NCBI GenBank assembly: GCA_024137785.1 | Contig: JAHRHZ010000059.1 | Location: forward strand, 19,658,213-19,722,212 | Reading direction: 5' to 3' | From: Ginglymostoma cirratum | Lineage: Eukaryota | Length of the DNA stretch: 64,000 bases | Position numbers and translations under genes: made by a program | Notes under the pieces: model-generated | The model's input: the letters and a program-made list of their open reading frames with translations, nothing else | Told to the model about the DNA's origin: nothing | Database searches by the model: none | Shown here: positions 1 to 12,352 of the stretch, piece by piece | Numbering within the stretch: position 1 is the stretch's first letter | How the letters are laid out: each line of letters opens with the position of its first letter

Positions 1-689
1 CTGTGAATTTACAGGGCTGCAATTCATTTTCACAAGTGAGGATGTGCCAGCATCATATTAAGACACGGCCATATCTTATTCCCAACAGAGAGCAAATGGT
101 GTCTGGTGGAATTCAGCACATGCTGATGAAATTATTGATATGCAAAAAAAAAGGCTTCCTTGTGTCTTTATTGTTGGCCTGGAGCCTTTAACCAACCTCC
201 ACTTGAATGCTATATGTCTTAGGGAGCATGCAGATTAGAAATCATCCTGTTTCACTGCATTAAATCACTGCAGGGTTTATCCTACCGTGGTCTTAACTCC
301 TCAGGAACTCTATGAATTTAGGGCCCTCATCCAATTAGATGAGTTGACCCTGGGGGTCAACAATTTACTAAGTGAAAAGTGTACAAACCCTGCAGAAATT
401 TGCAGACTTTCCAACCCAGGAAACTTTTTAACTTCATATGAAACCCTTTAAACTAAACGGATTAATAAAAATCGCAGAGAAAGATTGTTAAACACAATCC
501 AAAACAGTCTACTTACAATTAAGGCCAGTTAATTAACTCAAAGGCAAAGGTAAAAAAAAATCTTTCCCAGAACTCACGGGTTTGATATGCACACTCGAAC
601 ACACTGTGAGATCTTTCTCTGGGAGGGAAAAAAGCCAATAAAACATAAAATGAAAGTATTGGAACTCCAATTTCAAAGAATTACAAAAT

Positions 690-1250
690 CATAGGATCAT
701 ACAATACAGGCCATTGAGTCTGTAGCACCAAAAGTACATAACTACTAAAATACGTGACTACCAGTCCCACTATCCAGTGTTAGGCAATAACCTTGAATGT
801 TATGACACTTCAAGTGCTCATCCAAGTACTTTTTTAAAAATTGTGATGTTTCCCACCTCAACTACTCTCCCAGGGAGTGTGTTCCAGATCTCCACCACCC
901 TCTGGATGACAAAAACATTTCCCTCAAATCCCTTCTAAACCTGCTGCCTTTCACTTTAAAATGATGCCCTCTTGTTCTTGACCCATTTAGTAAGGGCAAC
1001 AACTATTTTCTACCCACTCTGTCCATCACCTACATAATCTTATACACCTCAATCAGGTCCTCCTTCGACCTTCTTTGCTCCAAAGAAAACAGCTTGAGCT
1101 TATCCAGCCTCTCTTCATCCCTGAAATGCTCCATCCCAGGCAATAACCGAGTGAATTTCCTCTGCAACCACATCCTTTCTATTGTGTGGTGACCAGAACT
1201 GCAGACAGTACTCCAGCTGTGGCCTCACTGAAGTCCTGTACAGCTCCTAA
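690..1250 (-). mobile_element. CR1/HER1 LINE 3' fragment
   Basis: GACCAGAACTGCAGACAGTACTCCAGCTGTGGCCT (reverse complement of the RPxLEYCVQFWSP motif). Confidence 0.75.
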
Positions 1251-1664
1251 ATAATCTGCTTTTATAACCTAGGCTATGTCTGATAAAACCAAGCATGCTG
1301 TGTGTTTTCTTAACTACTATATTGAGGCACACAAGACAGATCAGGCCAATATGCATCATTTACAAGTTTTTGTGCATGTTTACTTGCTCTGCTCTTCTGA
1401 CTGTCTCTTCCTACACTCTGATTCATTTTCTGCCTCTGATTCTCTCTGCCTGCCCTCAGGTTTTCTCCAAAGAGTTCTATGGACCTTGTAACACCTTGAT
1501 TCAAGATGACAGTAGCTGAAATGTGCTGCAATCCACCATGCTCAGGGATAACATCACCATCAATGGGAAGGTGTATGTACGTTTCCTATATGCTGGCATT
1601 ACTTCTCCCAGTGGAAAAAAACCCACTAGTCTCACTGAGGAACCTGAGTACTATCAAAGGTATC

Positions 1665-2017
1665 AGAGATAAAAGGTACTGCAGATGCTGGAGAATCCGA
1701 GATAACAAGCATGGGGCTGGATGAACACAGCAGGTCAAGCAGCATCATAGGAGCAGGAAAACTTGACGTTTCAGGCCTAAACCCTTCATCAGAAATGGGG
1801 GAGGGGAAGAGGGTTCTGAAATAAATAGGAAGAGAGGGGGAGGCGGATAGAGGATGGATAGAGGAGAGGATAGGTGGAGAGGAGGCAGACAAGTCGAAGA
1901 GGCGGGGATGGAGCCAGTAAAGGTGAGTGTAGGTGGGGGGGTAGGGAGCAGATAGGTCAGTCCAGGGAGGACGGACAGGTCAAGGGGGCGGGATGATGTT
2001 AGTAGATAGGAGAGGTA
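1665..2017 (-). mobile_element. Penelope-like element family A, 3' fragment (terminal repeat with hammerhead motif plus ~220 bp of upstream body)
   Basis: Minus strand reads ...CATTTCTGATGAAGGGTTTAGGCCTGAAACGTCAAGTTTTCCTGCTCC...CTGCAGTACCTTTTATCTCT. Near-identical to 6460-6591. The only copy that continues into a pyrimidine-rich body. Confidence 0.7.
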
Positions 2018-2354
2018 ACAACTTACAGCCGCTTCTTATCTTAAATTATTTTTTCTTTATTCATTCATGGGATGAGGGGCGTTGCTGGCTGGGCAGCATT
2101 TATTGCCCATCCCTAATTGCCCAGAGGGCAGTTAGGAGTCAACTACATTGCTATGGATCTGGAGTCACATGTAGGCCAGACCAGGTAAGGATGGCAGTCT
2201 CCTTCCCTAAAGGACATTAGTGAAACAGATAGGTTTTTCTGACAATTGACAATGGATTCACTGTCATCCATCTTCAATTGCATCCTTCTTCTCTCATAGA
2301 TAGTCCATGTTTCTGATCTCTCTTAATCTAGCTGTCTTTCAATGTCCCTTTTCT

Positions 2355-2530
2355 GTGTGTGTGTGAGTATGCACATGTTTACATGTATGTATGTCTGTAT
2401 GTATGTGCATGTGCACACGTGCATTTGTGTGTGCGTGCATGTGTGTGTTTGTGTGTGCGTGTGTGTTTGTGTGTGTGTGCGCATGTGTGTGTTTGTGTGT
2501 GTGTGTGCACGCGCGCGCGCATGCATGTAT
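2355..2530. repeat. Compound (TG)n/(CG)n alternating purine-pyrimidine microsatellite
   Basis: Seen directly. Confidence 0.95.
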
Positions 2531-3289
2531 GTTAGCTCTTAGAACCAGGTTGATGCTTATTCATGGCAAGAACCTACCTATGGAGAGTCTTTTAATATGG
2601 GGAGTCTGCAGATACCACATGGCTGATCTGGAATCTTATCCACTCTGATCGCCCAACCTCTGCTTTTCAGAAGGATTTGCAGATTGATTGTTCATCTGTT
2701 CGGTCATGTTATGACATGTCTTCTGTGGCTATCAAGTCTTGAGGTAACTTTGGCCCTGAAGTCTCATTGCACAACACCCCCTGATCTCTTTTCTACTGTA
2801 ACAGAAGCTCATTGTTATTTTTCTCTCCAGCTATATTTGTAACAGACTTCACCCATCACCTCTTCATGAACAGGTTAAGGAAGGAAGTCACCTCAAGAAA
2901 GATTGCAAGGCTCACCGATTACGTCACTAAGCAGATCCAAGATCTAAATTTCTTTTTAATAAAGTCCAAATTAAATGATATCAATTATGAGTGTAAATTT
3001 GTGGTGTGTCTGTAATTTGTGTGTTTTTTCTACATTTGTTTTTCACTTTGAACTGTAAGCTTCAGATAAAATTTATTCTCAGAGTATTTTGTATGAACAA
3101 ATGTAAAATTATATGACCCCCAACTTCTGGTTCAAAATTACCTTTATTAATTCACAGCAGTTTTCATTCACGTTGTTTTATTTCAAAAATGAATGTGATG
3201 CTTTCAGATACATAATGCTAACACCTGCAAATGATACAGCAACTGGCTGAACGTAAAGTGCAATGGCTGAAATCAATTTTCATTCTCAT

Positions 3290-4065
3290 AAATTCATTTT
3301 ATTATTTGTTTCTGGGATGCAGACAATGCTGGCCATGCCCCCAGTCCCTAATTGCTCTTGAGAGGGTGGTGGTGAGCTGCTTTCTTGAACAGCTGCAGTA
3401 ATTACACCTATAATGGTGATAGGGAGGGAGCTCCAGAATTCTGACCCAGCAACACTGGTGGGTCAGGTGAGGATGGTGAGTGCCTTGGAGGGGAACTTAC
3501 AGCAGGTGGTTTTCCCATGTATCTGTTGCCCGTGTCTATCTAGTTGGTAGAGATTGCGGGTTTAGAAGGTGCTGTTGAAGGAGCCTTGGTGAGTTGCTGC
3601 AATTTAATTTGTAGATGGGTGTATGCTGATGGCACTGAGCATGAGTGGTAGAGGAAATAAATGTTAAAGGTAGCGGATGGGATGCCAGTGAAGTAGGCCG
3701 CTTTGTGTTGAATGGTATCAAGCTTCTTGAGTGTCGTTGGTGCTGCACTCACCCAGGACAGTGGGGAGTATTCCATCACACTACTAGCTTTGACTTTGTC
3801 GATGGTGGACAGGCTGTAAGGAGTCAGGAGGTGAACCACTTAAGTATTCCCATCTTTTGATCCGCTTTTGCAGCCAATCATCTTGTATTGCAAATTCCTT
3901 TAGCGAGTATGGCTAGTTCCAGTTCATTTTCTGCTCAACTTAATAATAATTTCCACGATATTGGTAATGGTGGATTTAGCAATGGTAATGCTATTGAATG
4001 GCAAGGGAAAATTACTTGATTCTTTCCTGTTAGAGATGGTCATTGCACAGAACTTGTGTGTCACA
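3290..4065 (-). mobile_element. Non-LTR retrotransposon 3' fragment (CR1/L2 group; SINE-partner family)
   Basis: Minus-strand ORF remnant KVKASSVMEYSPLSWVSAAPTTLKKLDTIQHKAA typical of the post-RT region; homologous to 37225-39240 and 46630-47425. Confidence 0.75.
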
Positions 4066-6434
4066 ATAGAATTGTGAATCATTAAATACCAGTTAATTGA
4101 TATCTAGCTGTAGGTCTCACATTATCCTGTTTGACTGAACCAGTTCAACTGGCCCTTCCTATTGGATCCATTACATCTAGTGAAATCAACAGTTCAAATG
4201 CTTTCCAGTGACTGGCACTAGTTGAACTGGACTTCGTTTCCTCATTGTGAACTGTCTGAGCTGGTAGAAGGTTCAACAAGAGTTATGTCCTTTCTTCAAA
4301 GTCTCTACTTCCCACTTCCCTTTCTTGGTTTAATATTCTTAAATCTCAACACTAACAAAGCTGTTGGTAAGCCTGCTATTAGCTCCTTCTTTGATGGACT
4401 GTCCTTTCTTTTTCTCTTATGTCTCTGCAAAGCATCTGAAAATTGCTTTATATGCCAAAGCCACCATATTATTGCAAGTCCTCATTGCTACCGATCTAGA
4501 GCAGGCATGTCACACAGTACCAATAAATTTGTAGAGATAATTGAATAGTTGTGTTAAGACTTTGGAGAAAGATAAGAGGTTTCAACTGGATTTGGAGAAC
4601 TTGGGGCAGAGGGACAAAAATTGATAAATACCTTTTAATATATACATAACTGCACAGTTCTACACCCAGATGCAAATCCGGACTGCAGCTTAAATAAGTG
4701 TTGCTGTTATTCACAAGATGTTAGAGGAAGTATCTGATACAAGTCAATTTCGACTGAAGAGAATTGGATTTTGGGTTTATTCCCTACAAATTTAAGGCCT
4801 CTCTGATAATCAGGTTTATAAGGCTTAAAAAGGGTATGGAATTAAATGCAACGTTATTTATTCTACGTCAAGAAAAGCAATGCAACAAAAATAATGAGAA
4901 CATCTTCACCCCACCTGCACTGAAGGTGGAATTTGCGTCATTGATTGACCAGTCAACCGTAGACTTGGTAGGTATGTGATTGCACATTATTAAGGATGTT
5001 GAATCAGTCTGTGCAAAGTGATGGGGCTCTGTAGAACTAGAGAAACCCATTTTAATTGTAAAGCGAGGGAGCTTGGATATTCTGTTATTTTGTTTTCCTA
5101 AAGGAGGCAGCTTGTAGTGCACGGCTGCCAATTAAGATAGGAGTGGGATTTTACTCTTTACAATCTCTCAGAAAGGTGTTAGATGCATTCTTGAAAAATG
5201 GTGCGATCACACAAAGAGGTAGGAGATTATTCTACCTAACAGCTAATGGCTTTAGGATCTGTTCATTTATGCTAGATCATCTTTCAAAAATTGAAGAAGG
5301 GATCTTTGATAGAGAATTTTTGAATTGGTTATATGGATCTCTTCTTTAACCAGGAGATAGAAAGGACAGGGAAATGAAGGTAAGAGAAACAAGTTAAATG
5401 AGGCAAATGTTTGTTGGCCTGTTGGGGTATTCATTCTAAGTACACAAACCTCTGTGGTCAGAAATGAAGATCTGCGTACTTTCAGAAGTTTCAAAAGACT
5501 TATTAACTGGAACAGAGAGAAACGTAAGAGACCTGTATCCTTTTTTTAATTGTCTGCTGAGGGCATGGTAACCTGATCACTGTGGTGATGTAACAAAGTA
5601 TATGGAACATATTTGTCTGGTGTTTCTATGCAGCATATTTATTGTGAGGAGCAGAGATGTGTAATTCACGTATTCCTGATTATGGACATGATCTCTCTGG
5701 GACCTTGCACCTCCCTGCTGGTTCAGTGGGAATTTTAGAATAAGAAGACACTTGTGATTCAGTAAAGAGGCATGCATTTGAACTCTGTGATTAACAGGAT
5801 ACCCACACACGAGTTCCCGTGTAGATTGCCAGGATCTGCGTATTTGGCATTCTTGGTATCTTAGTGAGACTTACCTCACAATTTTTTTCCTATCTCACCA
5901 TTATTTTGTATTGGGAATGGTATCCAAGTTGGAGTACAACACATTCCCCGCCTAAATGATGTTATTAGAACATTTAACAAAGCATGAACCAAATATCATT
6001 ATGTAATCAGAACTTTGTTTGCTTTGATCTTGAATCAAGTTGAAATTATGTTTAGACTTGGCTCCAGAGCATTTGTATACGATAGTCGCATCATTTAAGT
6101 TACACTGGATTTGTTTTTCTCACAGTGAATGCATTTTTATAAAACGAGACTTTGTTTTAGCTCATGAGCTTAGCATATTAGAAATGGTTATGTTGTGAAT
6201 AACAAGTGTTCTTGAAGTGAATTGCAGGCTTGAAGGATTTTTGAGATGTTTCTGAAGTCATAGACTCTCTAAAATGGGCGAACACCACATTGTTGTCACC
6301 TATAACTCAACACACTACAAAACAGTTCCATCCACTGCCATTCGAGCTAGTGTGGTTAAATTCAAATCTGTTGGATCTTATTTAAGGTTACATACTTGAG
6401 TGCATCAGTTATATTCAGGGGACTGGTCTTTTCC

Positions 6435-6591
6435 GGGCCTAAACCCTTCATCAGAAATCATTTCTGATGAAGGGTTTAGGCCCGAAACGTCAAGTTTTCC
6501 TGCTCCTGTGATGCTGCTTGGCCTGCTGTGTTCATCCAGCCCCATGCTTGTTATCTCGGATTCTCCAGCATCTGCAGTACCTTTTATCTCT
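6435..6591 (+). mobile_element. Penelope-like family A insertion with inverted 5' arm and 14-bp TSD
   Basis: TSD GACTGGTCTTTTCC at 6421-6434 and 6592-6605. Perfect 24-bp inverted repeat 6435-6458 / 6460-6483. Confidence 0.8.
6461..6494 (+). ncRNA. Minimal hammerhead ribozyme motif (intact core), family A
   Basis: TTT-CTGATGA-A-GGGT[TTAG]GCCC-GAAAC-GTC^AAG: conserved CUGANGA and GAAA boxes, stem II, palindromic ACGU stem III, GUC triplet 6489-6491, short stem I UUU/AAG. Confidence 0.7.
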
Positions 6592-7520
6592 GACTGGTCT
6601 TTTCCTTTCCATTTCACAGTGACTTATTTAATTTACTCACAAGTCACAGCTTTATTTTTGCCTGTTTTTCTCCCTTAGTCCCCAGTCACATTGAAATATG
6701 GATCCTCGGCTATAACCGATCTTGCTGGTAACCCATTCAAATAACAACTGATCAGATGTGTACCCAGACCCTTGTTTTAAAACAAAGTCTGTTCTACGAA
6801 AATGCATTCACTGAGAAAACAGCACAAATCCATTGTGACTTAATGATGCAACTATCATATTCAAATGCTCAGTCTAAATGCAATTTCAGCTTTGTTCACG
6901 GAATTATACATTGTTAGCAGGGTCAGCATTTATGGCCCATCCCTAAATCCCCTTGAGGAGATGACATCGAGGAACTTTCTTATAGCTGAGTGATGTGCTA
7001 GACATTTTCAAAGAACAACCAAGAGGCATGCACGTTGACTGGAAGAGTGAAATGGAAGACAGACCAGGTCAGGATGGCAGACTTCCTTCCCCGAAGGATA
7101 TTATGATTTAACACTGCAGCAATTACCTTGCCATTCACTACTGGTACTAGGTATCCACAATGCCAGATTTATTTAGTTAACTGCATTTCAATTCCCAGCT
7201 GCTACTATAAGACTTGAATTTATGTTTCTGAATCATTAGTCCAGGAATATAACTACTATTTACTGTTCCCAGTGATTGGAGTGTTTTTATTTTACCACTG
7301 CAGGTACAAATCAAACTGAGATCCATTCAGTCTTACGTTCCACCTGAGCTCACTGCCTATGAACCAAGATTGCATCAATTACTAACTGAGAGAAATTATT
7401 CAGTGTGATACTCCAGTTCCTGCCCTGGCAGAGACCCACAAGTTCATCAAAGACCAGAGGCTGAACTTTGTAAAAAAAAATATATGTTCAAGGCAATTAA
7501 GTAAAAGGTATACAATAGAC

Positions 7521-7813
7521 TGGCACAGTGGCTCAGTGGTTAGCAGCCAGGGACCCAGGTTCAATTCCACCCTTGGGTGACTGTCCGTGTGGAGTTTGCA
7601 CATTCTCCCTGTGTCTGCGTGGGATTCTGCTGGATGCTCTGGTTTCCTCCCACATTCCAAAGATGTGCAGGCTAGGTGGATTGGCCATGCTAAATTGCCC
7701 CAAGTGTTCAGGGATGTGTAGATTAGGGGGATAGGTCTGGGTGGGATGCTCTGTGTGTCGGTATGGATTTGTTGGGCCGAAGGGCCTGTTTCCACACTGC
7801 AGGGATTCTGTGA
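7521..7813 (+). mobile_element. HE1-type V-SINE
   Basis: tRNA-like head (GTGGCTCAGTGG, GGTTCAATTCC), V-domain CCTCCCACA..CCAAAGATGTGCAGG..AGGTGGATTGGCCATGCTAAATTGCCC, CR1/HER1-type tail. Confidence 0.85.
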
Positions 7814-8261
7814 TAAGCTATTCATAAATGAGTGATTTTACAGATGTCAGGTCCACTTTCTGGCAGCGTCTAAGACTGACCTGTGCACTCTCACTCTCTC
7901 TGCCTCTCTCTCTTTTTCCCCATCTTTGTCATCTTGATCCTACTCCCGTGCAGCTTCTAGTTATTTCGTTGTAACACAGTCTAAAATTAATTTGTCTTAA
8001 ATTTGTCCTTTGCGAATCTGCCTACACCAAATGGACTTCAGCAGTTCAAGAGATAACGCATCACTTTTCCAAAATCAACTAGGAACAGGTAATAAATGCT
8101 GGTCAAGTCAGCAACATCCACAATCCCTTGAATTATTTTATTAAACATCATTTGGTTTGAGTGCCATCTAAGCTTCTAGTTTCAAATCCTGGTCTTTAAT
8201 TCAAAGTTTCACCACTCTGTTTTAGTGTTTTAGAAATAACAGCATTTCAGTCACTATCTCC

Positions 8262-8525
8262 ATGACTTTGGGAAATCCTAAAGCACTTTACAACCAATAA
8301 AGTCGTTCTTACCTGTAGTCACTGTTGTAATGTATGCAGCCAATTTACACACAGAAAACTCCCACAGAATAGCAATGTGCGAATAATCAGTTACCGTGTT
8401 TCGGGGATGTTGGTTAAGGGATAAATATTGAACAGGTCACTTACCTGATTTTGTTTGAAAAATGTCATTGGAGGATTATATCCATCCAAGGGGTTAGATA
8501 AAGTGTGGTCTTGTCAAGTCATCTA
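8262..8525 (-). mobile_element. DeuSINE-like SINE fragment
   Basis: GCAGCCAATTTACACACAGAAAACTCCCACA, GTTGGTTAAGGGATAAATATTG (reverse complement of the Deu-like body). Confidence 0.6.
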
Positions 8526-8551
8526 AAAATCAATATCTCCTACAGGTACAT

Positions 8552-8900
8552 GGGCAGTGCAGTAGCTCAGGGGTGAGCACTGCTGCCTCACAGCGCCAGG
8601 GACCTGGGTTCGCTTCCACCTTCGGGTGACTGTCTGTGTGGAGTTTCCAAGTTCTCCCCGTGTCTGTGTGGGTTTCTTTTGGATGCTCTGATTTCCTTCC
8701 ACAGTCCAAAGATGTGCAGGTTAGGTGGATTGGCCTTGCTAAATTGTCCCGATGCGTGTAGGCTAGAGGGGTTAGCCATGGGAAATGCAGGGTTACAGGG
8801 ATAGGGTGGGGGGAATGGATCTGGGTGGGATGCTCCTTAGAGGGTCAGTGTGACTCGATGGATCGAATGGCCTGCTTCCACACTGTAGAGATTGTATGAT
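8552..8900 (+). mobile_element. HE1-type V-SINE
   Basis: Same head, V-domain and tail. Confidence 0.85.
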
Positions 8901-10440
8901 ACAATGAAGTGCTGCAATGGGGTGGTGGCCTTGACTGTGTAATATCATGAAAGGTGCAGTATCAGTGTAATAAGATTGAGCATTGCATGATTTGCTCATT
9001 TCCCCTTACAGCGTGTCCTTGACTGTAATATAGAGATGGATTGGGACATTGGGAGACTTCCTGGCCACCTCCATAAATAGCTGCAATGCTCTGTAGTACA
9101 ATATGACCATTTTCTGCGAGATTCCCATGTTCATATTTTGGGGGGTGTAGGATGAGGATGGCTTTCCACTGGTTATTCATTGAATTCAGGGTCAGTTAGA
9201 TGGAATCCTGCCTCCAGCCCATTTTCAATGGGGGCATTGTGTGGACGCAATTTGCTGTCCAGGCCATAGGCTCCTACCTGTGCATAGCAGGGCTAAAAAG
9301 ATCTTGGAGTCGAGGGTGGAGAGGATGAACTATTTTGAATACGTATCAAATCTCCTGAGCTATAGAGTGAAATAAATCCATGCAAATCCTTGCATGATCA
9401 TTCAAATTTAAATCTATGCTTTCCTGCCATGGGAATGACAGCAAGTGAGCTGAACAAGGTGTTCCTGCCCCATTGAATGCTCAGTCCATTGTTTCCAATT
9501 CTAGACCATCCCAGCCAGTATAAAGCCCCGTCTCTGCTGAAGAAATATTGCTCCCCGTACTCTCATTACCTGCAGATGTCTCGGATGTTTGATATTGAAA
9601 GACTCTGGATGGGTAAATCCCACATTGGGATATCAGTGATGGAGTGACAGCTCTTCCCATACCTCGCCACCCACCAAGTTCAAATCATAAGACGCATGCA
9701 TCGAATATGGGCCAATCTGGAGTGAGAGTTGGCATAGTTTTAGTCTAAAGAGTGGTAAATTTAAAACAGGGATGAGGAACAATTACTCTTCTCAATGAAT
9801 TTGTGAAATTCACTAACCCAGAGTGCACTGGAGCAGAATAGCTTTAAGGAGTAGATATTTAATTAGCAATAGATTATGGAGAGCAGGCAGGAGAATGGAG
9901 TTGAGTCTGAGATGAGTTTAGCCATGATCCCTCTAAATGGCAGAGCAGGTTCAATGGGCAGGACTACCTACTCCTGTTCCTAGCTCTTAAATTCATCTGT
10001 TCAAATAGTGTTGAACTATCTGTTGACTTTGAGGGTTGCATTGCTAGATTGTGGAAAGCACTGCGGCCATAAAGCTGCAGACTGGCCACCCTCCATTAAT
10101 AGGATGGTGACACCTATTTCACCTCATTGCTGCACGTTACTGCTGCTTACAACTCTGCCCTAAATATGAATATTGTATTAAAGTATCTGTTTAAAACCCA
10201 TCGCAGGAATCAATTTGAAGTTGCCCATTTTGCTTTCCTTCTTTCATTGGTAGGGATGATTCCAGATCGATTTGTTGTGTGATCTGACTCATTAGTGCCA
10301 CATAACAACTCAAATCTGACCATGTGATACACTAATGAAGTGTACAACATCACAGGAAGTGATACAATGTCACATGATCTTGCTCTCGCTGTGACAGACT
10401 TTATGGCAAAGTGGAACAAGTGTAATAAACAGTCACATTT

Positions 10441-10475
10441 TCCTTGCCTAGTCTTGCCTTGCCTTGCCTTGCCTT
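10441..10475. repeat. (CCTTG)n pentamer run abutting an HE1 5' end
   Basis: Seen directly. Confidence 0.85.
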
Positions 10476-11432
10476 GGGGCAGCACCGTGGCTCAATGGTT
10501 AGCAGTGCTGCCTCACATAGCCAGGGACCTGAGCTCAATTCCACCTTCAGATGACTGTGCAGAGTTTGCACATTTTCCCTGTGTCTGTGTGGCTTTCCTC
10601 CAGTGCTCCAGTTTCCTCCCACAGCCCAAAGATGTGCAGGTTAGGGTGGATTGGCCATGCTAAATTGCCCATATTAAGGTGTGGAGCTGGATGAACACAG
10701 CAGGCCAAGCAGCATCAGAGGAGCAGGAAGGCTGACGTTTTGGGCCTAGACCCTTCTTCAGAAATGAAGGCTGGTCTTGGTTTGCAAGCTCATTGAGGAG
10801 CAAATATACCCAACGCTTTCCTTGCAGTTTAACACATGCTATCCCCAGTAGACTTCTTGTTATGCGTTGCACTATCAATTGGATTCCTGCTCAAAAGTGA
10901 TAGCCCATTCTTGTGAAAGTCGAATGGACCCAGTGTATTGGCCCTATTGGACGGCTTATGATTGTTCGCAAAATTGACTATAGAATCACTACAGTGTGGA
11001 AGCAGGCCATTCAGCCCATCAAGTCTACACAGACCCTCTAAGGAGCATCCCACCCAGACCCATACCCCATGTAACCCTGCATTTCCCATGGTTAATCCAC
11101 CTAGCCTCTACACCCTGGACAACATGGGCAATATAGTAGGAACTGCAGATTCAGAAATGAAGAAGGGTCTAGGCCCGAAACATCAGCCTTCCTGCTCCTC
11201 TGATGCTGCTTGGCCTGCTGTGTTCATCCAGCTCGATACCTTGTTCTCTCAGATTCTTCAGCATCTGCAGTTCCTACTATATTGCCCATGTTGTCCAGGG
11301 TGTACAGGCTAGGTGGATTAACCATGGGAAATGCAGGGTTACATGGGATATGGGTCTGGGTGGGATGCTCCTTAGAGGGTCTGTGTGGACAAGATGGGCT
11401 GAATGGCCTGCTTCCACACTGTAGTGATCCTA
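10476..11432 (+). mobile_element. HE1-type V-SINE split into 10476-10672 and 11281-11432
   Basis: The halves join seamlessly across the ATTGCCCAT duplication. Confidence 0.8.
10673..11280. mobile_element. Palindromic family A insertion splitting an HE1 SINE and containing an inverted duplication of its own flank
   Basis: TSD ATTGCCCAT at 10664-10672 and 11281-11289. Element arms ~10675-10766 (-) and ~11157-11280 (+). The interior 10768-11150 is the reverse complement of 11263-11536 plus an extra ~110 bp. Confidence 0.8.
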
Positions 11433-11795
11433 TAGTCAATTTTGCGAACAATCATAAGGGGATAGCATGTGTTAAACTGCAAGGAAAGCGTTGGGTGCAT
11501 TTGCTCCTCAATGAGCTTGCAAACCAAGAGCAGCCTCGACTCAGGTTGTCCAGCAATGCCTGTCTTCCATGTGAACGTTGACACTGCATTGGTATTTGAG
11601 AGTTGCACTTCACAGATTGGTCCTGAATTTGTCTCAACCACGCCAATCAAAATTAGTAATCGCCAGACTGTGCAACTTCACCAAATGCATAGTTTGCTGC
11701 AAAAATATCTTTTTTTGAACTAATTTGTATTAAAAAAAAACTTGTGGTTTTCCCAACCTATTTTTACTTGGATTGTCAGTGGTCATATGTCAATT

Positions 11796-12232
11796 GTAGC
11801 TCAGTGTAGCTTGTCTCTGAGTCATAAGGTTTTGAGTTGAAGTCCCAGGCTAAGGGCTGAGTGTACAAATCTCTGCTGATCCTTGAATACCTTACTTAAG
11901 GAGAGCTGTGCTGTTGGAGGTGCCTTCTGTCAGATGAGATGTTAAACTGAGGCCCTATCTACCATCCCAAATGGGTATAAAACAGCTCAAGGTGTTGTCA
12001 TGAAGGTGGAGCCTTCATATCCTTGGTGTCTTGACTAATATTTAACCCTCAACCAACAGATTATCTGGTTATTATCACACTGCTATTTATGGGAGCTTGC
12101 TGTGTGCAATTTGGCTGCTGCATTTCCTAAATTACTGTAATGATCATTCTTCTAAAGTACTTCATTGTCTGCACAACACTTTGGAACATTTTGTGGTCAC
12201 AAAAGGTGCCATACAAATGCAAGGTTCCTTTT
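11796..12232 (+). mobile_element. DeuSINE-like (SacSINE1/AmnSINE1-related) SINE
   Basis: Deu-domain-like GGAGGTGCC..CAGATGAGATGTTAAACTGAGGCCC, TGGGAGCTTGCTGTGTGCAATTTGGCTGC, L2-type tail GGTGCCATACAAATGCAAG. Confidence 0.7.
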
Positions 12233-12352
12233 TAATGTTAGCAAATAAACTGACTCTCATGAGTTTTACTCTTCACAATGCAGTAACTTAACTTGCTCAA
12301 GAGATGTTGACAATGGGAATGTTAATCATGCCTTTTTATTTTGGAATGTTTG

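Noticed and set aside
1632-6678. Recurrent peptide DEGFRPETSSFPAPMMLL in several ORFs
   Set aside because: Chance translation of the repeat terminus. The conservation is explained by the repeat and its RNA motif, not a host gene.
7521-7575. tRNA-like A and B boxes
   Set aside because: SINE heads without a complete cloverleaf; not tRNA genes.
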